Positions 43,234-56,718 of a stretch of 64,000 bases of DNA are shown here, piece by piece. Below the pieces are notes generated by a model, which was given only the letters and a program-made list of their open reading frames with translations, was not told the DNA's origin and did no database searches. Origin of the DNA: Octopus vulgaris (lineage: Eukaryota); NCBI GenBank assembly GCA_951406725.2, contig OX597831.1, positions 28,706,001 to 28,770,000 on the forward strand, written 5' to 3'. Position numbers and translations under genes: made by a program. Every line of letters starts with the position of its first letter. The first letter of the stretch is position 1.

Positions 43234-43555
43234 GAGTGAGAGAGCAGTGTATGCCATCAAAGTAGCACTGGGGTAAAATATACGAAGCCCAGTATACCCA
43301 TCATGACTACCCGTCTGATAAGGGTACACTAGACACATGGATCACAACTATGTGTGCGCGACATGGTGATCTCATATCAAGATAAACAGCACATGACCTT
43401 GCAGTGGGGCTCAGTTAGAATTTTCTTCTGGTCGAGTAACCCATCCCACTCAAAAGGTCCCTGAATAAGGGTTGTTTAGGGATGTTTCCAGAAGTGAATT
43501 ATTCAAACCCCAAAGAATCCCTCTCAACGCATGGCTATGATGCTCCCCCACTTAC
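43234..43555. mobile_element. About 320-bp element inserted in (TTA)n
   Basis: Higher-GC block with sharp borders between two (TTA)n tracts; no ORF or TIR seen. Confidence 0.55.
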
Positions 43556-43616
<61 letters not shown>

Positions 43617-44159
43617 AATAATAATAATAATATTATTATTAAACTGCTGATTTGTATACGATTTTAACGCAGTGAATTGGTGTTTGGGTTCGTGCCAAAT
43701 GTTCCTGCGACTCACTGCAATTTTGGCTTTCATTAAAAAAGTTACTCCATAGTTCAACGAATGACAGAAGTAAAGACTTGAACAAGGTAACCAAAGATAT
43801 GTGTAAACTGGAAGCCCAAAATATGATCTAACTGCTGTCATTTGAGAGGATTACAATGGAAAATTTCCACGGTAATCGGAGTTAAATCCGATGATATCAG
43901 AACTTAGGAGCACTGTGAAGTAAACCCCCTGTTTTGATGGTTAACGGTTTGAAGCAAGTAGAATATTATAGGACATATTGGTTCAACTATCCTTATGGTC
44001 AGCAGTAGTTTCGATCACGTGACCTGTCTTTACCAATAGGAATCTGTTTTACTCGTACTTATGCGGATACGAATTTACTGGTGTTATGCACACACTCACA
44101 CACACATACATACACAGGCAAACACACTTATAGATAGATTGAAAGACAGACAGACAGAC

Positions 44160-44226
<67 letters not shown>

Positions 44227-44284
44227 CAGACATACAGATAGCAGGTAGACATACCGAGAGACGCAGAAAGTCAGATAGATTGAG

Positions 44285-44329
<45 letters not shown>

Positions 44330-44371
44330 TTATATATACATATATATATACATATATACATATATATATAC

Positions 44372-44491
<120 letters not shown>

Positions 44492-44687
44492 CAAATTATC
44501 AAAGTTATACAGATATATACTTATATGCGCACGTGTGTGTGTGTGTATCCACGCAATTATACATATATATGTGTGCGTGTATGTAGTATTACGTACGTGT
44601 GGTTCTATTTGTGTGAATGTGTCTGCGTATGCATACATATGTGTGTGTGTGTGTGTGCATAAATAATACATTTATATATGAATATGC

Positions 44688-44719
<32 letters not shown>

Positions 44720-45213
44720 AGACACACACACACAAATATTCATATATATACATATGTATATACACGCACATGTATATATATATTAAGATTTTATGGACAT
44801 GTTTTTTGACATTTGAACGCATTTTGACCTTCATCCAGAAGATTTCTGATTTGTGAGGAATAAGTCAAATTCCCCTCTTCCTCTGTCCTTCATGCTCTCT
44901 TACCTTTATGCTCTCTTCTTCTCTTCTACCCCTCTTTTTTGCCCACCTTTTCTCTTTCTCTCTCTCTCTCTATCTATCTCTCTCTCTCACTGTCTTTCTG
45001 TCTTTCCCTCTGTCTTCTTTAATCTCTCCCTCTGCTTCCATTGTCTTTCCGGCTGTAATGGCTTAACGACCATACATTCTCCAACTCACGCACCATTAAT
45101 CGCATATTCTCGTTCACTAAACTCACTGATGATAAATATAACATTAGAAGGTGGAGACAGAGACATATAAAGGGACTGGGAAGCATATAGACCTGAATAT
45201 TATATTATATTAC

Positions 45214-45244
<31 letters not shown>

Positions 45245-45432
45245 AATATGCATACATACATATATATACATACAAAGAAACGTAAGCGTACGTTGTTAGT
45301 ATATATACATATATACAATATATATATTTATGTATGAGTGTATATGTATATATATATATATATATAATAGGCGTAAATACATATATCGATCTATACGTAT
45401 ATAAACACAAATACATATATATACATATATAT

Positions 45433-45510
<78 letters not shown>

Positions 45511-45897
45511 ATGTAGATAGGTATATATGTATGTATGTAGTAGTGTATGTATATTGACATATGATGCTATCATTAATACCAATGTCACAGAAATAGGAAT
45601 GTATCGATGCAAGCAACTTGATAAACATTTATTTTGTAATCAGGATGACGATAAAATAAGATAAAAGAAGTATAATACTCCACTGATTAGTTTGGTACTT
45701 GATGTTCAAGTTGCTGCTACTGCTGCTGCTACGACTGCTACTACTACTGCTGCTGCTGCTGTAGCTGTCGATTTGTGTTATACATTGTGATGGAAACGCT
45801 ATTATCACCTGCAAGGTCCTTTCCTGGTGTCCCTAGATCGTCTTGCCAAGGCTCCACAGTTCCTTCTGTATTTTGCTGCATGTATACAGTCTGCAAG

Positions 45898-46285
45898 TGG
45901 CGGCGCAAGAGCCCAGTGTTTAGGACAGCGAACTCGCGGTCATAGGACCGCGGTTTCGATTCCCAGACCAGGTGTTGTGGTTGTGAGTGTTTATTGAGAG
46001 AAAACACTTAAAGTTCCACGAGGCTCCGGCAGGGTTTAGTGGCGAACCCTGCTGTATTCGTTCACCACTATTTTCTTTCACTCTTTCTTCTTGTTTCTCT
46101 TGTACCTTTATCTCAAAGGGCCAGCCTTGTCACACTTCGTGTCACGCTGTATCTCCCCAAGAACCTCATTAAGTGTATACGTGTCTGTGGAGTGCTCAGC
46201 CACTTGCACGTTAATCTCACGAGCAGGCTGTTCCGTTGATTGGATCAACTGGAACCCTCGTCCTCGTAACCGACGGAGTGCCGTA
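45898..46285 (+). mobile_element. tRNA-derived SINE, family C head
   Basis: Head nearly identical to 949-1090 (B box ggtttcgattcc) with a different 3' part. Confidence 0.75.
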
Positions 46286-46788
46286 GTAGTATACAGTCAG
46301 CCAGACTATTGTTTCCTGTCAATTCTTTGATGTCGTCAGCCTGCAATCGTCTTTATCGGCTTCTTTGTACTCTTCTTTAATTTATGACTGTAGTTCCGTA
46401 TTCCGCGACCATTTTTTCCTTTGCGGTACACATATTCTTTTCAAAATTCGGCGTCACACCTGAACTAAATATTTAACTATAAGTATAGGGGAAAACATTA
46501 TATTCAGATGACACTAAGGCAAACCTATCATTGCCTCGTAGCACACTAGTGTGCCGCAGCATACCGGGTGCGGAGTATAGCTTACCAGAAAATGCCTGGG
46601 TTTGTCCCTTAATGACTCCAACTGCTGGCGCAATGTCTCAAGTACCAAAATTTTTAGAAAACACGAGGTCGTAAGGCAACCTTGGTAGACTGAGCTCCCA
46701 ACGAGGAGCGGTTCTGATAAATAACCGTTTAGTTTAAGCATCGAAATTATACTGATCGAGCTTCTGAAAACGGAACTGGAACGAGTTA

Positions 46789-47180
46789 TAATAATAATAA
46801 ATAATAATAATAATAATTGTGTACAGTGCTCAGGTGCACTACAACCCATCTAAAGTGTATATATAATCAGGTGTAGTTTCGGCGGATTTCGGAAAGCATG
46901 AGGGCCTTAAAGGATGCAGTGTCATGGCAGTCAACAACTGGCGCAGGCAGTTTATTCCATGCTTCAGCAACTCTGAGCGTGAAAAAATGTTTCCGAAAGT
47001 CATGGGAGCTGTGTTGTTTTCTGACTTTGTAGGCATGTCCACGTGTGTTAGACACATGGAGATCAAAAAGGTGTTCAGTGTTGTTGTTGGTGAGGTGGTT
47101 GATAACTTTGTGGGTGTTTACCAAGTCCGTCGCCAGACGCCGGAGCTTCAGTGAATCCATGCCCAGGGAAACAAGGAGTT
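46789..47180 (-). mobile_element. CR1-like LINE 3' end
   Basis: ORF 46867-47160 reads SLKLRRL..DL...HK...TRGH.YK...FFTLRVAEAWNKLP, the CR1-group ORF2 C-terminus, followed by a short 3'UTR and (TTA)n tail. Confidence 0.9.
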
Positions 47181-47526
47181 ATGTTCTGAACAGACTCAAA
47201 CCGAAAGTCTTCGACTGATCTATATATATCAGACTCTTCAGAAGGCAGATGTAATGACGCTTCATTACTACGATGTGACACTTTACGTGGGTTTCACACG
47301 ATTTTATGGTTCTACGACTAAACTACAGACACATCTCGATGATTAACTTTGCCAAAGTCTTTTATTCTTTTTTCAGCTGATTTACGGATATAAAATCGTC
47401 TATTATATCTCATTTGTCCAAGTCCTTCTCAAGTAGCAGCACCATTCTTTATCTCACATGACCGAGAATGCTCGCAGGTTGCCACCAGTTGCTGTGAACC
47501 ACTGCCAAGACGGCGGCAATAGAGTA

Positions 47527-47665
47527 TGGAAAGCGCATGGCTTAGCGGTTAGGGTATTCGGCTCACGATCGTAAAGTCGTGAGTTCGATTTCCGGTGGTG
47601 CATTGTCTCCTTGAGTAAGACACTTTGTTTCACGTTGCCCCAGTCCACTCGGCTGCCAAAAGCAC
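47527..47665 (+). mobile_element. SINE family D, 5' part
   Basis: tRNA-like head plus gagtaagacactttgtttcacgttg. Confidence 0.7.
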
Positions 47666-47681
47666 AATACATACATTCATG

Positions 47682-47723
<42 letters not shown>

Positions 47724-47742
47724 TATTTATATATATATATAT

Positions 47743-48143
47743 TACTCTTTTACTCTTTTACTTGTTTCAGTCATTTGACTGTGGCCATGCTGGAGCACCA
47801 CCTTTAGTCGAGCAAATCGACCCCGGGACTTATTCTTTGTAAGCCCAGCACTTATTCTATCGGTCTCTTTTTTGCCGAACCGCTAAGTTACGGGGATGTA
47901 AACACACCAGCATCGGTTGTCAAGCAATGCTAGGGACAAACACAGACACACAAACACACACACACACACATATATATATACATATATACGACAGACTTCT
48001 TTCAGTTTCCGTCTACCAAATCAACTCACAAGGCATTGGTCGGCCCGGGGCTATTGCAGAAGACACTTGCCCAAGGTGCCACGCAGTGGGACTGAACCCA
48101 GAACCATGTGGTTGGTTAGCAAGCTACTTACCACACAGCCACT
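47743..48143 (-). mobile_element. SINE family A (young subfamily)
   Basis: Near-identical to 2612-3008 and 54785-55190. Confidence 0.9.
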
Positions 48144-48699
48144 ATATATATATATTTGTGTATATGTATGTGTGAGAGTATGTATGTATATATATTATGA
48201 ACAACACAGCTTGTATCAGAAGGACCGAAAACAAATTTAATTCAGTTATTAGCTATTAAAAAATCCTAGCTGTGGGAGAATATACAAAAATGCAAACACA
48301 GATTCTAACCAAGAGGTAAAATGTTAGCTTACATAGAGTTTACGAAGTCAACAGCCTGTTTCATGTTTTCATACGCTCATCAGGCGTGCTGGGATTCAAA
48401 AATGTCTTACTTCTGAATCCCAGCAGGTCTGGCTATTATGTAAACATGCGAAGCAGACAGCTACCGTAATAAGTGGCATGTAAACTAACAGTTGATATTT
48501 ATATACAAGTGTATATGTATGAGTGTGTGTGTGTGTGTGTGTGCATGTGTGCATAATTGTATGCATGTATTATGGATACAATTGTGTATCTGTCATTCTA
48601 CCTGTCTGTCTTTTTATATATTTATCGTCTACCTGTTTTCTAAGTGTGCATGTGTGTGTATTTATATCATGTGTATATCTCTCTCTCTCTCTCTCTTTA

Positions 48700-49123
48700 T
48701 CTTTTATCTTTTACTTGTTTCAGTCATTTGACTGCGGCCATGCTGGAGCACCGCCTTTAGTCGAGCAAATCGACCCCGGGACTTATTCTTTGTAAGCCCA
48801 GTACTTATTCTATCGGTCTCTTTTGCCGACCGCTAAGTGACGGGGACGTAAACACACCAGCATCGGTTGTCAAGCAATGGGGGACAAACACACAAACACA
48901 CACACATACACACACATATATATATATATATACATATATACGACAGGCTTCTTTCAGTTTCCGTCTACCAAATCCACTCACAAGGCATTGGTCGGCCCGG
49001 GGCTATAGCAGAAGACACTTGCCCAAGATGCCACGCAGTGGGTTGGTTACTACTTACCACACAGAACCCACCAGGAGCCATGTGGTTGGTTAGCAAGCTA
49101 CTTACCACACAGCCACTCCTGCG

Positions 49124-49124
<1 letters not shown>
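48700..49124 (-). mobile_element. SINE family A (young subfamily, small internal duplication near head)
   Basis: Near-identical to 47743-48143; ctacttaccacacag occurs twice. Confidence 0.9.
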
Positions 49125-49174
<50 letters not shown>

Positions 49175-49368
49175 AAATAATAAGGGGGAAAAATTGAATA
49201 TTAATTTGATTAATATCAATTTAAAACCAGTGGTCTAGCATATTTAAAAATCTGAAGTTTCTCGCGTTTGCTAAATATTCTTGAGAACATTCCTTTCTTA
49301 GTGGTAAGACCATAGCGGATCTTCTTCTAGCATAATGGATGTCCACTTACAGGTCATCCCTTTTTATA

Positions 49369-49475
<107 letters not shown>

Positions 49476-50301
49476 CATAAATGATATATTTTCCTAAGCA
49501 TCTCTGTATGTATTGCACGTATTTATGCATTCATGTGTGTGTGTGTATGTATGTATGTGTATAAATTTAAATACTCAACGGAAAAAGCTATTAACAGTTT
49601 CAAGTTGTTATGATACATTATCAAGCCTATTTATAAAATGCCCTATATATCTTTAAAATACCCTATATATGTGTTTTTAAGAACTATTTATAACGCATGA
49701 ACAAAGCCTGAAAAATTACTTTTATATAAATGTGTGGAACTGCATGGATCAGTGGCTAAGGTATTACACTCACAAATGCGATATCGTGGGTTCGAATCCC
49801 AGATCGGGTGTTGCGTTGTGTTCTTGAGCAAAGTACTTCGTTTCACGTAGCTCTGCGACCATTTCGTCATCTGCGTGATAGAATAAGTACTAGGCTTACA
49901 AAGAATAAGTCCTGGGGTCGATTTGCTCGACCAAAGGCGGTGCTTCAGCATGGCCGCAGTCAAATGACTGAAACAAGTAAAAAGGGTAAAAACAAAGAAA
50001 AAACAGTAAAATAATATAGGGTAGCAGAATTTTAGAAATTTCCTTCCCAGGGGCCTAGCTTGTATACAAAGTCAATAGACAACATTCGAAGGGAATGAAA
50101 AATAAAAGCATGGTAAAAGTTTTTATTTTTCATTCCCTTCGAAATTGCTTTTAAATGTGGTTTTGGACGTTTTGACTGCTCCTTCTAGTATGTAAGGCGG
50201 CCTGTTAAGGGTCTCCTGTTTTGTGTTTGAATGTATACTAATTTTATGTTTCCATAATAGGTATCTACAACTGATAACTATTACTCTATTATATTCTTCA
50301 G

Positions 50302-50369
50302 ATTTTCCAACGGTAGTGAGTGTCCAGCTGTATGTAAGCAGTGTAGACACAGTATCAGAGCAAAATATG
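50302..50369 (+). CDS. Coding exon 3: beta1 region (D)FPTVVSVQLYVSSVDTVSEQNM
   Basis: ttcag acceptor and ATG|gtaagt donor, 68 nt (the conserved size of this exon in GlyR/GABA-A genes), phase 1 to 0. Confidence 0.95.
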
Positions 50370-50569
50370 GTAAGTACCATTCTGTCACTTCAAACATTTA
50401 TCTCTTACATCAGGAATATTTGAATATCGGTTTGGTTTTGTCCTACTTCGGCTTTTTCTCTTTTATTTTTATTTTTAATGCTATTTTTCTAAAAGTTTTT
50501 AAAACAATTGATGAAAACACTCATGAACGGCAGAAATTTAATTGGAAAGCAGTTGCAAATAAGTAAGAG

Positions 50570-50882
50570 GTAGAGGTGTGGCCGTGTGGTAAATAGTTTG
50601 CTTCTTATCAACGTGGTTTTGTGTTCACTCCCAGTGCGTGACACCTTGGGCAAGTGTATTCCACTATATGACGGACTGATGAAAACCTTGTGAATATATT
50701 TGGAAAACAGAAGTTGGAAGATCCCTATTGGTCGGCCCCACTTCCTTTTTTTCTTTCATGATAACTTTTGATCGGAATTCGCCCCCCCCCTTTTTTTCCT
50801 TCTTTCCAAAAAGAAATGCTCTACTTTGTATTTTGTCCCTTCTTTGTTCAACCCTGCCTGGTCAATAAAGGAACCTATCTAT

Positions 50883-50941
<59 letters not shown>

Positions 50942-50945
50942 CCTC

Positions 50946-50990
<45 letters not shown>

Positions 50991-51270
50991 GTCTAACTAC
51001 CTATTTATATGTATGTGTTTGTCTGTATGTATTTGAGTGCCTATGTATATGTCGGTCTGTGTTTGCGTTTGTCCCCTACTGTCGCTTAACAAGGTGTGTT
51101 GGTTTGTTTACGTCCAATATAACAAAGCCGTTCGGCAAAAGTGTTCTTTAGAATAAGTACCAGACTTAAAAATAAAAATGCTGGGGTCGATTCATTCGAT
51201 TAAAGCCCCTATAAGGCGGTGCACCAGCATGGCCGCAGTCTAACGACAAAAGATAGCAGTAAAAAGATAT
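50570..51270 (+). mobile_element. Old family A SINE with internal insertion and (TATC)n
   Basis: Diverged head at 50570-50730 and tail at 51060-51270. Confidence 0.65.
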
Positions 51271-51292
51271 TACATTATATTGAAAATTTGAA

Positions 51293-51690
51293 GGCGACGA
51301 GCTGGCAGAAACGTTAGCACGCCGGGCGAAATGCTTAGCGGTATTTCGTCTGCCGCTACGTTCTGAGTTCAAATTCCGCCGAGGTCGACTTTGCATTTCA
51401 TCCTTTCGGGGTCGATTAAATAAGTACCAGTTACGCACTGGGGTCGATGTAATCGACTTGATCCGTTTGTCTGTCCTTGTTTGTCCTCTCTGTGTTTAGT
51501 CCCTTGTGGGTAGTAAAGAAATAGGTATTTCGTCTGTCTTTACGTTCTAATTTCAAATTCCGCCGAGGTTGACCTTGCCTTTCATTCTTTTGGGGTGAAT
51601 AAATTAAGTACCAGTTGCGTACCGGGATCAATCTAATCGACTGGACCTCCTTCTTAAAAATTTCGGGCCTTGTGCCCAGAGTAGAAAAGA
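51293..51690 (+). mobile_element. SINE family B, dimeric form
   Basis: Same structure as 8200-8600. Confidence 0.9.
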
Positions 51691-51927
51691 TTCTATACAG
51701 TTCCATATAATATTATACATATTTATTCGTTTATATTTTCTATAATTTTTTTCATTTTTGCGAATTACAATTACTCATAGTTACTTAATTGTATTTAATT
51801 GATTAATTATTTTTCATTAGATTAATTATTTTCTCTTCCATCAATTATTTATTTCTAAATTTTGCCTTCATTTTATTTTATATATTTATTATATTTGATA
51901 AATGTCTTGTGTTTTTATTTCTGCCAG

Positions 51928-52154
51928 GAATATAGCGTGACTATTCTACTGAGACAGTTATGGCATGACCCACGACTCAACTACACCAGAATGTCTTCTC
52001 TATCACGACTCGAGATGGACAGCAGCCGAATAAACAATTTTTGGGTCCCAGACCTTTTCTTCAGTAACGAGAAAAAGGGTAGCTTCCATGACGTCACCAA
52101 ACCTAACCGAATGCTTCTCATCTATCGAAACGGCACCGTTTTTTACAGCATCCG
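51928..52154 (+). CDS. Coding exon 4: loops D, A and E (EYSVTILLRQLWHDPRL...WVPDLFFSNEK...VFYSI)
   Basis: gccag acceptor and CG|gtaagt donor, 227 nt. Clear neurotransmitter-gated channel ligand-binding-domain motifs; lies within ORF 51862..52158. Confidence 0.97.
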
Positions 52155-52696
52155 GTAAGTATTGCTGAGTGGAACTTTCTCGAGCGGAGTGTTTATGTAG
52201 TGAGTGCTTGTGACGTCATGTAACAATTGCTGAAGTGATTGGACAGTAAATCGCAGGAATGTGACGTCAATAATGTTAACCAAATGCATTAGGGGAAGAA
52301 ATGAAATTGCCACGATCGAAAATCGAACGTGGGTCACGTTGAGTTGAATGTCTTGTGAAACTTATTTCCAATTTGGTAAACCTGATGTGAACTCAGCTGA
52401 TGGTAACTATAATGGGATATTAGAGTTAAGTGTCTTGCCCCACGGAAATATAATTTCTATGGTTGGATTTGAACTGGTAACTTCTCTCGATTAATTTGAT
52501 GCCTTTAACGAGTGAACGTGTTGGCTCGGCGTGTAAGAAATAACAGCTAAGTCTTCACATCACACCCGATCGTGTAAAACAAGAAAAGTACACATTAGAT
52601 AATGTAATTCTTGGTACACCTCGACGTTTCCCCTGGCTTGGTTGCATTTAATCATGCCTGATCTGCTCGACCAGGACTTATCTGAGCCTAAACATC

Positions 52697-53130
52697 CTCC
52701 TCCTCATCATCCTCATCATTCTCATCCTCATCACCATCGTCGTCGTCGTCGTCGTCCTCATCATCATCATCGTCGTCATCGTCGACGTTATCATCATCAT
52801 CGACGTCATCATCATCATCATCGTCATCATCGTCACCATCGTCATCATCATCGTCATCATCATCGTCACCATCATCATCGTCACCATCATCATTGTCGTC
52901 GTCGCCATTGTCATTGTCATCATTATCATCACTGGCGTTATCGTCGTCATCACGGTGATTATCATCATCATCATCGTCGTCGTCATCGTCATCATGATCA
53001 ACATGATCATCATCATCATCATCATCCTCATCCCCACCATCAACAGCCACAACTCCAACAAATACCACCACTATCACCACCACCACCACCACCACCATCA
53101 TCAATAATAACGACATCGTCACCTTCGCCA
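52697..53130. repeat. Imperfect (CAT/CGT/CAC)n trinucleotide tract in intron 4
   Basis: Direct reading; accounts for the His/Asp/Met-rich ORFs. Similar tracts at 13080-13340, 14665-14960 and 58970-59125. Confidence 0.9.
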
Positions 53131-53198
53131 TCCAAAACAATCTCCATGTGGCATTTTAACAAAATAGTATTTAAAGTTTTACTGACGCCACAGTGTAA

Positions 53199-53348
53199 CA
53201 GACGCGAGCAAACTTTTTCAAGGAGCGGGCCGCATGCGACATGGCTCATCACCAGTTAAGTCGCACTTCTAAAAAAAATAAATTCCAGGTAATTTTTCCT
53301 TGGCGGACCATCCCAAAAATCCGATGGGCCGTAGTTTTCCCATGACTG
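53199..53348. mobile_element. Possible hAT-type MITE remnant
   Basis: Degenerate termini cagacgcgagcaaact / agttttcccatgactg with subterminal gggccg motifs; no clear 8-bp target duplication. Confidence 0.4.
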
Positions 53349-53433
53349 CTCCATGATGACCGTCTTACCGTTTCTTCTGCACCTCTTCATTCTCGCTCTT
53401 TTTCTTATCATTTCCTCGTCTTTTTCCTTTCAG

Positions 53434-53516
53434 GTTGTCTCTAACGTTGAGTTGTTATATGAGACTCGAACGATATCCGATGGACGATCAGATTTGTTCC
53501 ATGGTTATGGAAAGTT
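53434..53516 (+). CDS. Coding exon 5: Cys loop (R)LSLTLSCYMRLERYPMDDQICSMVMES
   Basis: Strong polypyrimidine tract with ttcag acceptor, T|gtaagt donor, 83 nt (conserved size), C-x13-C signature. Confidence 0.97.
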
Positions 53517-53696
53517 GTAAGTATTACAGATATTTATTCATTGCATTCCCGCCTCAGCCTTTTTTTTATAACCTTTAGGGCAGCGGTTTTCAACTGGGGC
53601 TCCATATGGCCCTTGCCGTTCATATTGCCTTTGGGGGTCCATATAAGATTTTGTTGCTAAAAATTATGTGCAATAAATTGTTTATATTTCCACAAT

Positions 53697-54030
53697 GTGA
53701 AGGCGCATGGTTTAGTGGTTAGAGTGTCGGGTTCACAATCAGGAGGTTGTGAGTTCGATTCTCGGACCGGACTGTGCGTTGTGTTCTCGAGCAAGACACT
53801 TTATTTCACATTGCTCCTGTTCACTCAGCTGTAGAAATAGGTTTTGAGGTTACTGATGCCTTTGTCTTTCCCTTGGATAATATTAGTGGCGTGCAGAAGG
53901 GAGGCTGGTATTCATGAGTGACTGTTGGTCTTCCATAAACAACCTTGCCCGGACTTGTGCCTCGGAGGGGAGCTTTCTAGGTGCAATCCCTTGGTCATTC
54001 ATGACCGAAGGGAGTGGCTTTACCCCTATT
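53697..54030 (+). mobile_element. SINE family D, full length, inside a hAT-like MITE starting at about 53581
   Basis: A and B boxes (tggtttagtgg, gagttcgattc) plus a body shared with 22530-22780; host begins cagcggttttcaact. Confidence 0.75.
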
Positions 54031-54224
54031 TACTTCTACAATACACAAAATATTTTAACAATTTTTTATACAGTTCCTATCAATATTCGATTATAAAAGT
54101 ATAACGGAATTACGGAGATGTACTTGCATAGCAAGGGACCTGATCTGAGATCGTGTGCTGAAATAAAAACAATTGCCACGTGGAAGGTGTTTATAAGCCA
54201 TTTAAAAACACCTTCCACACTGCA

Positions 54225-54279
<55 letters not shown>

Positions 54280-54784
54280 CCATATACACGCGCAAAGTCG
54301 ACCTAGAGTGTTGTCTACTATAGCCTCGAGCCAACCAAAGCCTTGTGAGCGGATTTGGTAGACGGAAACTGAAAGAAGCCTGTCGTATGTGTGTGTGTGT
54401 ATGTGTTTATGTGTATGTATGTATATTAATCATGATATATTGATTCAAGTAATCCGTAGTAGTCATAAAAATCTCCTTAGTTTGTCATTATACAGGACAT
54501 GTAGAGTATATAGTAGTATACATGAGGAGAGAATAAGGAAAGTATATAGATATAAATGACGGAGAAATATTATGATGAAATTTATTTAACAATAAACAAC
54601 AAAACATCACGACAAATTTGCTTCAGTCAGCCAAAAACATGTAAATAGCTTACATTATCGTATTTAATAATAAATAAGTTACTTATATATGCGCATTAAT
54701 GCGAAATGCGAAACGTTTATTAAAGATAATGCAAAATTAGGGCTACTTCATCAGTTGAAAAAGGTTAGTTGTTGAATATATATA

Positions 54785-55190
54785 GGCGTAGGAGTGGCTG
54801 TGTGGTAAGTAGCTTGCTAACCAACCACATGGTTCCGGGTTCAGTCCCTCCGCGTGGCACCTTGGGCAAGTGTCTTCTGCTATAGCCCCGGGCCGACCAA
54901 TGCCTTGTGAGTGGATTTGGTAGACGGAAACTGAAAGAAGTCTGTCGTATATATGTATATATATGTGTGTGTGTGTGTTTGTGTGTCTGTGTTTGTCCCA
55001 CTAGCATTGCTTGACAACCGATGCTGGTGTGTTTACGTCCCCGTAACTTAGCGGTTCGGCAAAATAGACCCATAGAATAAGTACTGAACTTACAAAGAAT
55101 AAGTCCCGGGGTCGATTTGCTCGACTAAAGGTGGTGCTCCAGCATGGCCTCAGTCAAATGACTGAAACAAGTAAAAGAGTAAAAGAGTAA
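54785..55190 (+). mobile_element. SINE family A (young subfamily)
   Basis: Near-identical reverse complement of 47743-48143 and 48700-49124. Confidence 0.9.
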
Positions 55191-55422
55191 TACATACATA
55201 CGCATATTGTTCTTCAACAAGAATTGTGTCGAAAGTGACTTAGTGACTTCAAAGTTTCGACTTACTTTACTTTTAGCGAAATATCAAATACGTACTAGAC
55301 AAAAAAATATTGAGAAAGACTTCCATTAATTATGAAATTGCTTTTAATTCGATAGCCGTCTAACTTCTGACTTTATATCTCACCTTCTACTCTGTTCAAT
55401 GTTTGGATCTTGTCTTTTGCAG

Positions 55423-55560
55423 ACAGCTACAGTGCAGAAAATGTCTTCTTCAAATGGATAGAAACACAGAAACCAGTCGTTGTGGATCGAAGCATTGAGA
55501 TGCCACAGTACACTTTGAAAAAATATCATGCAACAGTTTGTAAAAAGGATTATGGCGAGG
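55423..55560 (+). CDS. Coding exon 6: loops B and F and start of loop C (Y)[11 protein letters not shown]...MPQYTL...VCKKDYGE
   Basis: ttgcag acceptor and G|gtgag donor, 138 nt (same as the equivalent GlyR exon), phase 1 to 1; lies within ORF 55410..55700. Confidence 0.95.
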
Positions 55561-55603
55561 GTGAGCATATATATTCCTTTAATGCAGATTGTTATATATC
55601 CAC

Positions 55604-55670
<67 letters not shown>

Positions 55671-55757
55671 ATATATGATATATATATATTTAATATATAA
55701 TATATATAATATACATAATATAATATATAATATAATATATATATATATATATATATG

Positions 55758-55850
<93 letters not shown>

Positions 55851-55989
55851 GTACATGCGGACGCAAATATACAAATATATATACATAATATTGTATTTAT
55901 ATTGTATATATATAAGGTGTGCGTGTATGTTTGCTTGTGTGTGAGGTTGTGTGTGTGATATATGTACATATGTATGTGTATATATATAC

Positions 55990-56087
<98 letters not shown>

Positions 56088-56656
56088 CACTACATCATTT
56101 AACCAATGGATTTTTCGAGCCAACACTGTATATAATAGACAGATGTAACCTCTTCGTTTTTATATACACAAAGTCTTTGTGGGCAGAAAAAACTGGGATC
56201 AGTTTCAATCCCGTGTTGGGATTTCAACAAAGACTGAGAACCCACCTTTTGGTCCAGAGAGACATTACTTATAAACCCGCCATTACAAGTGACGCATACG
56301 AACAAGAAAACGTTTGGGGAATTACTGTTTTCAAAGACTATTTATTTCAACATTCTTTATGAAACCTGTATCTGTATTCGCATGGATAAAAGAGCATATG
56401 TGAATATATATATGTGTGTGTGTGTATATATATGTGGCTATTAGTTTCTCTGTGCTTATATGTACGTGTCTACGTATATATAAATTCATGTGTATGTGTC
56501 TATGCGTTTATGTGTAAATATGTATAAGCACATGTGTGTGTATGAGAGTGAAACTTTCATTATAATTCTGTGTTTAATTGTATGGGACCAATTAACTCTA
56601 TATCAAAATTTACATCTATGTGCACATATATGTGTGTGTGTGTATGTATATATATG

Positions 56657-56718
<62 letters not shown>

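Noticed and set aside
52642-53259. 205-aa His/Arg-rich ORF inside the channel gene
   Set aside because: It is an intronic trinucleotide tract, and exons 4 and 5 join in frame without it.
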